From positions 224,001 through 288,000 of the forward strand of contig CAVUWD010000019.1 of NCBI GenBank assembly GCA_963745025.1: DNA of 64,000 nt, given 5' to 3'. Source of the stretch: an uncultured delta proteobacterium (GTDB lineage: Bacteria; Desulfobacterota; Binatia; JACPRU01). Of this stretch, positions 60,350 through 64,000 are shown piece after piece; the stretch's first letter is position 1; every line of letters begins with the position of its first letter. Below the pieces are notes generated by a model. The model had not been told where the DNA came from, did no database searches, and saw only the letters and a program-made list of their open reading frames with translations. The position numbers and the translations under genes are program-made.

Positions 60350-61795
60350 TCAGGCAGAGAGGGGTGGCTTGCGGCCCGCCCAGGGCGCCGCGTGCTCGAG
60401 CTGCGCCGCCACACGGATGAGCAGGTCCTCCCGAGCGTATGCCGCCACCAGGTGCACGCCGACTGGCAGACCCTCGCGCGTCCAGTGAAGCGGCAGGGAG
60501 ATCCCCGGCTGCCCGGTGACGTTGAACGGAGGCGTAAAGGGGATGACCTCGAGGTTGCGCAGCCATCTCTTCCGCGGGTCGCCGCCCGGCCCTCCGAGGT
60601 CGCCGAGCACGGGCGGCGGCTCGGAGATGGTGGGCGTCACCAGGAGATCGTGACCCTCCGCCCACCACGACGCCATCCGGCGGCTCCAGCTCTGGAGCCA
60701 CTCCGCGGCGGTGATGTACTGCCGGGCCGTCACCTTGCGACCCTCCTCGACGAAGTTCCAGGTGTACGGTTCGACGTCCTCGGGCCTCACCTCGCGGCCG
60801 ACGAGCGCTCCGATCATGTCGATCGCCTGCGCGGAATGACCGTCGACGAGCGTCATGAAGTGGCTCGTCATCTCGGCCTCATCGTACGCCGCGGGGTAGG
60901 AGAGCTCCACGCGGTGGCCGAGCGACTCGAGGAGCCGGCCGGCGCTCTCGACGGCCCTCACGCACTCGGGATGAAGCGGCCGGCGGTTGTTGGGCTCGCG
61001 GGTCATGAGCCCGATGCGGAGCTTTCCCGCATCCCGCCCAACCTCCGCGGCGAACGGCCGCTCCGGCGGCGGCGCGAAGTAGGGGTCGCCCGTCATCGGA
61101 CCGGAAACGACGTCGAGGAGCGCCGCCGAATCGCGCACCGAGCGGCTCACCACGCCCTCGGTCGCGAGTCCGTGCCAGAACTCGCCGGCCACTGGACCGA
61201 GCGAGATCCGGCCGCGAGTCGGCTTGAGGCCGACGATGCCACACTCGCTCGCCGGAATGCGAATCGAGCCGCCCCCGTCGCTCGCGCTTGCCGCGGGCAC
61301 GAGGCGCGCGGCCACGGCTGCGGCGCTCCCACCGCTCGACCCGCCCGTGGAGTGAGCCGGGTTCCAGGGGTTGCGCGTCGGTCCATAGGCGAGCGGCTCG
61401 GTAGTCCCGGCGAGCCCCAGCTCCGGAGTGTTGGTCCTGCCGACGATCACGAGCCCCGCCAGCCGAAACCGCGTGATGATGAAGCTATCCGCCGGCCCGA
61501 CGAAACCGAGCTTCTTCAGGAACTGCATGCCGTTGTGGTTGGGATCGCCGGCGCTGGTCGACACCAGATCCTTCAGCAGGAAAGGCACCCCGCGGAATGG
61601 TCCGTCGGGAAGGTCGGGCGAGTCGGCGAGTGCGCGCGCCTTCTCGAAGAGGGGGATGATGACGGCGTTGATCTTCGGGTTGAGCGTCTCGATGCGCGCG
61701 ATCGCGGCGTCGACGAGTTCCCGCGGCGAGATCTCCTTCCGGCGGACCAGATCGGCCTGGCCGGTGGCGTCGAGGTCGGAGTACGGGTCGCTCAT
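60350..61795 (-). CDS. Amidase-signature family amidase
   Basis: [54 protein letters not shown]. Confidence 0.95.
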   Translation of the reverse strand: MSDPYSDLDATGQADLVRRKEISPRELVDAAIARIETLNPKINAVIIPLFEKARALADSPDLPDGPFRGVPFLLKDLVSTSAGDPNHNGMQFLKKLGFVGPADSFIITRFRLAGLVIVGRTNTPELGLAGTTEPLAYGPTRNPWNPAHSTGGSSGGSAAAVAARLVPAASASDGGGSIRIPASECGIVGLKPTRGRISLGPVAGEFWHGLATEGVVSRSVRDSAALLDVVSGPMTGDPYFAPPPERPFAAEVGRDAGKLRIGLMTREPNNRRPLHPECVRAVESAGRLLESLGHRVELSYPAAYDEAEMTSHFMTLVDGHSAQAIDMIGALVGREVRPEDVEPYTWNFVEEGRKVTARQYITAAEWLQSWSRRMASWWAEGHDLLVTPTISEPPPVLGDLGGPGGDPRKRWLRNLEVIPFTPPFNVTGQPGISLPLHWTREGLPVGVHLVAAYAREDLLIRVAAQLEHAAPWAGRKPPLSA

Positions 61796-62056
61796 CGAGG
61801 ACCTCCCATCTAACGTTGCCCCGCGGTTCTTCGGCGCGCCATATGTCGAAGCGGGGCGGCCGTCAATCTGCTTGTCGGCTAGAGATCCATGGCCATCAAG
61901 CTGTGTCCCTGGGTAACCGCGTGGATCGGAGCCTCGAGACAGAGGAGGGGGAAGACCCTTGAGCGAATCCGCGGGCCGCAAGGCGAGCGAATCCTGAGCA
62001 GGCGTCGAAAAGGGACGTCGTGGACGTTTTCTGCCAGGCGAAAGGTAGAGCTCGAC

Positions 62057-62452
62057 TCAACCCCGCGTCACGAAGCGCTCGACCAGGCCGAGGAGCCGCA
62101 CGATGTCGATCGGCTTTTCGACGTAGGCGTTGCAGCCTGCGTTCAGCGCGTTGGCCCGATCCGATGGAAACGCGTGGGCGGTGACGGCCACGATCGGCAA
62201 GCTCTTCCATCGTTCCTGCTGGCGGAGAGCTCGCGTCAGCTCGAGCCCGTCTTCCGCGCCCTTGAGGGAAAGGTCCATCAACACGAGACGCACTCGACCG
62301 CCATCGGATTCGAGCAGCCGCTGCAGCTCGTCTCCCGAGCTCGCCAGGAGAACGTCGTAGCGCTTGCCGAGGAGCACGCCCATGAATCGCTGGGTCTCGA
62401 CGTCATCCTCGACGACGAGCACACACGGGCGGGTCGGTCCTTCCGAGCTCAT
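62057..62452 (-). CDS. Single-domain response regulator (DivK-like)
   Basis: VLVVEDD, LVLMDLSL...DG, PIVAVTAHA, GC..YVEKPID. Confidence 0.9.
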   Translation of the reverse strand: MSSEGPTRPCVLVVEDDVETQRFMGVLLGKRYDVLLASSGDELQRLLESDGGRVRLVLMDLSLKGAEDGLELTRALRQQERWKSLPIVAVTAHAFPSDRANALNAGCNAYVEKPIDIVRLLGLVERFVTRG

Positions 62453-62499
62453 TGGATCCTTCGACTCTCGGCGCGGGGCTGACTGCTTTCCGCTTCCGT

Positions 62500-62666
62500 C
62501 CGGAGAACGAATCGCGAACAGCGGCCCCTTCCGCTTCTCCACGATCAGCCAGGCGCCGCTCCCCACATAGTTCTTCATGAGCGCCAGGCCAAGCCCCGAG
62601 CCTCCGAATCGGCGGCTGTAACCGGAGCCTTGCAAAGAGCGCCGCTCGGAGGGGTCCGGAAGAAAT
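62500..62666 (-). pseudogene. C-terminal remnant of a histidine kinase HATPase_c domain
   Basis: FLPDPSERRSLQGSGYSRRFGGSGLGLALMKNYV retains the G2 box (GxGLGL); N, G1 and H boxes absent. Confidence 0.6.
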
Positions 62667-62805
62667 CGACTGCAAACACCGTGGGCGGCGAGGGCGGGGT
62701 ATGGTTCAACGCTGCGAAGGTGGTATTTGACTCTCGATCGCGAGCCCTGACCATTTGTGCAAGATGGCGGGCCGACGGGTCGGGGACTATTAAGGAGGTT
62801 CGATC

Positions 62806-64000
62806 ATGACCGGGCTGAAGGAATTGACCGTCCACGGAGCGAAGAGCCTCGCCGACGCGCACGCGCGTCATCGCTGGCAAATTTCATCGGACTACAACGT
62901 CGCGGTCGACTGCCTCGACCGGCCGTTCCACAAGAAGGATGCCGTCGCGCTCTACTACGAGGACGACGAAGGCCACACGGCGACCTACACCTTCGGGCAG
63001 ATGCGCGAGGCGAGCTGCCGCATGGCGAATGCGCTGCGCGGCCTCGGGATCGGACGCGGCGACGTCGTCGCCGTGCACACGCCGCAGCGTCCCGAGACCG
63101 CGATCCTGCACATGGCGCTCTATCGCCTCGGCGCGATCGGCCTGCCCATCTCCAAGCTCTTCGGCCCCGACGCGATTCGGTACCGGCTCGAGAACAGCTC
63201 GGCGAAGGCGATCCTCATGGAGCCCGAGACGGTCGCCAAGCTCGACGGCGTGCGCGACTCCGTCGCGACGCTGCGACAGGTGATCGTCTGCGGCGGCAAG
63301 GCGGCCGGTCTCGGCGGCGCCAAGGTGGACGGTCTCGATTTCGACGACCTGCTCGCCAAAGGCGCCGAGCAGTTCACGCCGGATCGCGCGTCACAGGCCG
63401 AGGATGCGCTGCTCCTCATGTACACCTCGGGCACCACCGGGGATCCCAAGGGCGTCTTGCATGCGCATCGCTACGTGCTCGGCCACAACGGCATCGACTA
63501 CTCCTACAACTTCCTGCGCGACGGTGACCTCTACTACAGCCCCGCAGACTGGGCATGGGCGGGAGGGCTCCTCGACGGCCTGCTCGCCATCTGGCCCTAC
63601 GGCATTCCGGTGCTCGCCTATCGCAGCAAAGCGCGCTTCGATCCCGACGTGACGCTGCGCCTGCTCGAGAAGTACGGCGCGAGCGTCGGGCTCTATCCGC
63701 CGACCGCGCTGAAGACGCTGCGCGAGGTCAAAAAGCCGCGCGAGAAGTACAAGAGCTTGAAGCTTCGCTGTATCGTCAGCGGCGCCGAGCCAGTCTCGCC
63801 CGAGCTCTCTCGCTGGGTCGACGAGGAGCTGAAGGTCGAGTTCAATCAGGGATTCGGCCAGACCGAGGCCAACTACTTCATCGGCACCTGCGGTGCGCTC
63901 GAGCCCTACAGGCTCGAGCCGCTCGGCAAGGCGTTTCCGGGGCACCGCGTGGAGGTCGTCGATGCCGAAGGCAAGCCGGTCAAGCACGGGGAAATCGGCG
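62806..64000 (+). CDS. Acyl-CoA synthetase (AMP-binding), partial, runs off right edge
   Basis: TAAGGAGGT RBS, ATG 62806, YNVAVDCLDR, YTSGTTGDPKG, SPADWAWAGG, SGAEP, GFGQTE. Absent from the ORF track. Confidence 0.92.
   Translation, partial: MTGLKELTVHGAKSLADAHARHRWQISSDYNVAVDCLDRPFHKKDAVALYYEDDEGHTATYTFGQMREASCRMANALRGLGIGRGDVVAVHTPQRPETAILHMALYRLGAIGLPISKLFGPDAIRYRLENSSAKAILMEPETVAKLDGVRDSVATLRQVIVCGGKAAGLGGAKVDGLDFDDLLAKGAEQFTPDRASQAEDALLLMYTSGTTGDPKGVLHAHRYVLGHNGIDYSYNFLRDGDLYYSPADWAWAGGLLDGLLAIWPYGIPVLAYRSKARFDPDVTLRLLEKYGASVGLYPPTALKTLREVKKPREKYKSLKLRCIVSGAEPVSPELSRWVDEELKVEFNQGFGQTEANYFIGTCGALEPYRLEPLGKAFPGHRVEVVDAEGKPVKHGEIG

Overview
GC-rich bacterial chromosomal window; the gene order argS-SPOR-trpEGDCFBA-accD-folC-lptD suggests a deltaproteobacterial or Binatota-like lineage (inference only). 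Left to right: an XPB-type helicase with its Helicase_C_3 partner; argS; the trp operon; accD, folC and an extended lptD; then a ~23 kb envelope locus. That locus holds rmlA/rmlB with a deleted rmlC, gmd/rmd, wzm/wzt, a coiled-coil methyltransferase and glycosyltransferases, followed by a benzoate-CoA-ligase-like enzyme, ACP, KS, a Cys-less KS (CLF), LolA-like, lipoprotein, MMPL, deacetylase and flippase genes. After it come yceI, modABC, hemE, UPF0182, mixed metabolic genes, fbaB, cysS and an acyl-CoA synthetase cut by the window edge. Two candidates stand out. (1) A family of ~220-270 bp non-coding three-hairpin elements in 4 copies, with compensatory base changes and an inverted pair of 18-nt GTAC cores; three copies are flanked by direct repeats, and two of those duplicate the start codon of the downstream gene. 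(2) A minimal aryl-primed type II KS/CLF module embedded in a D-rhamnan export locus, possibly making an undescribed glycolipid. Heptamer-array hairpins, other palindromes, several gene remnants and a cysS without a canonical start codon are also seen. Many +1 frameshifts (trpB, rmlA, cupin, gmd, ligase) look like long-read errors. No rRNA, tRNA, CRISPR array or transposase was recognised. All product calls rest on motif recognition by eye; no database search was run.
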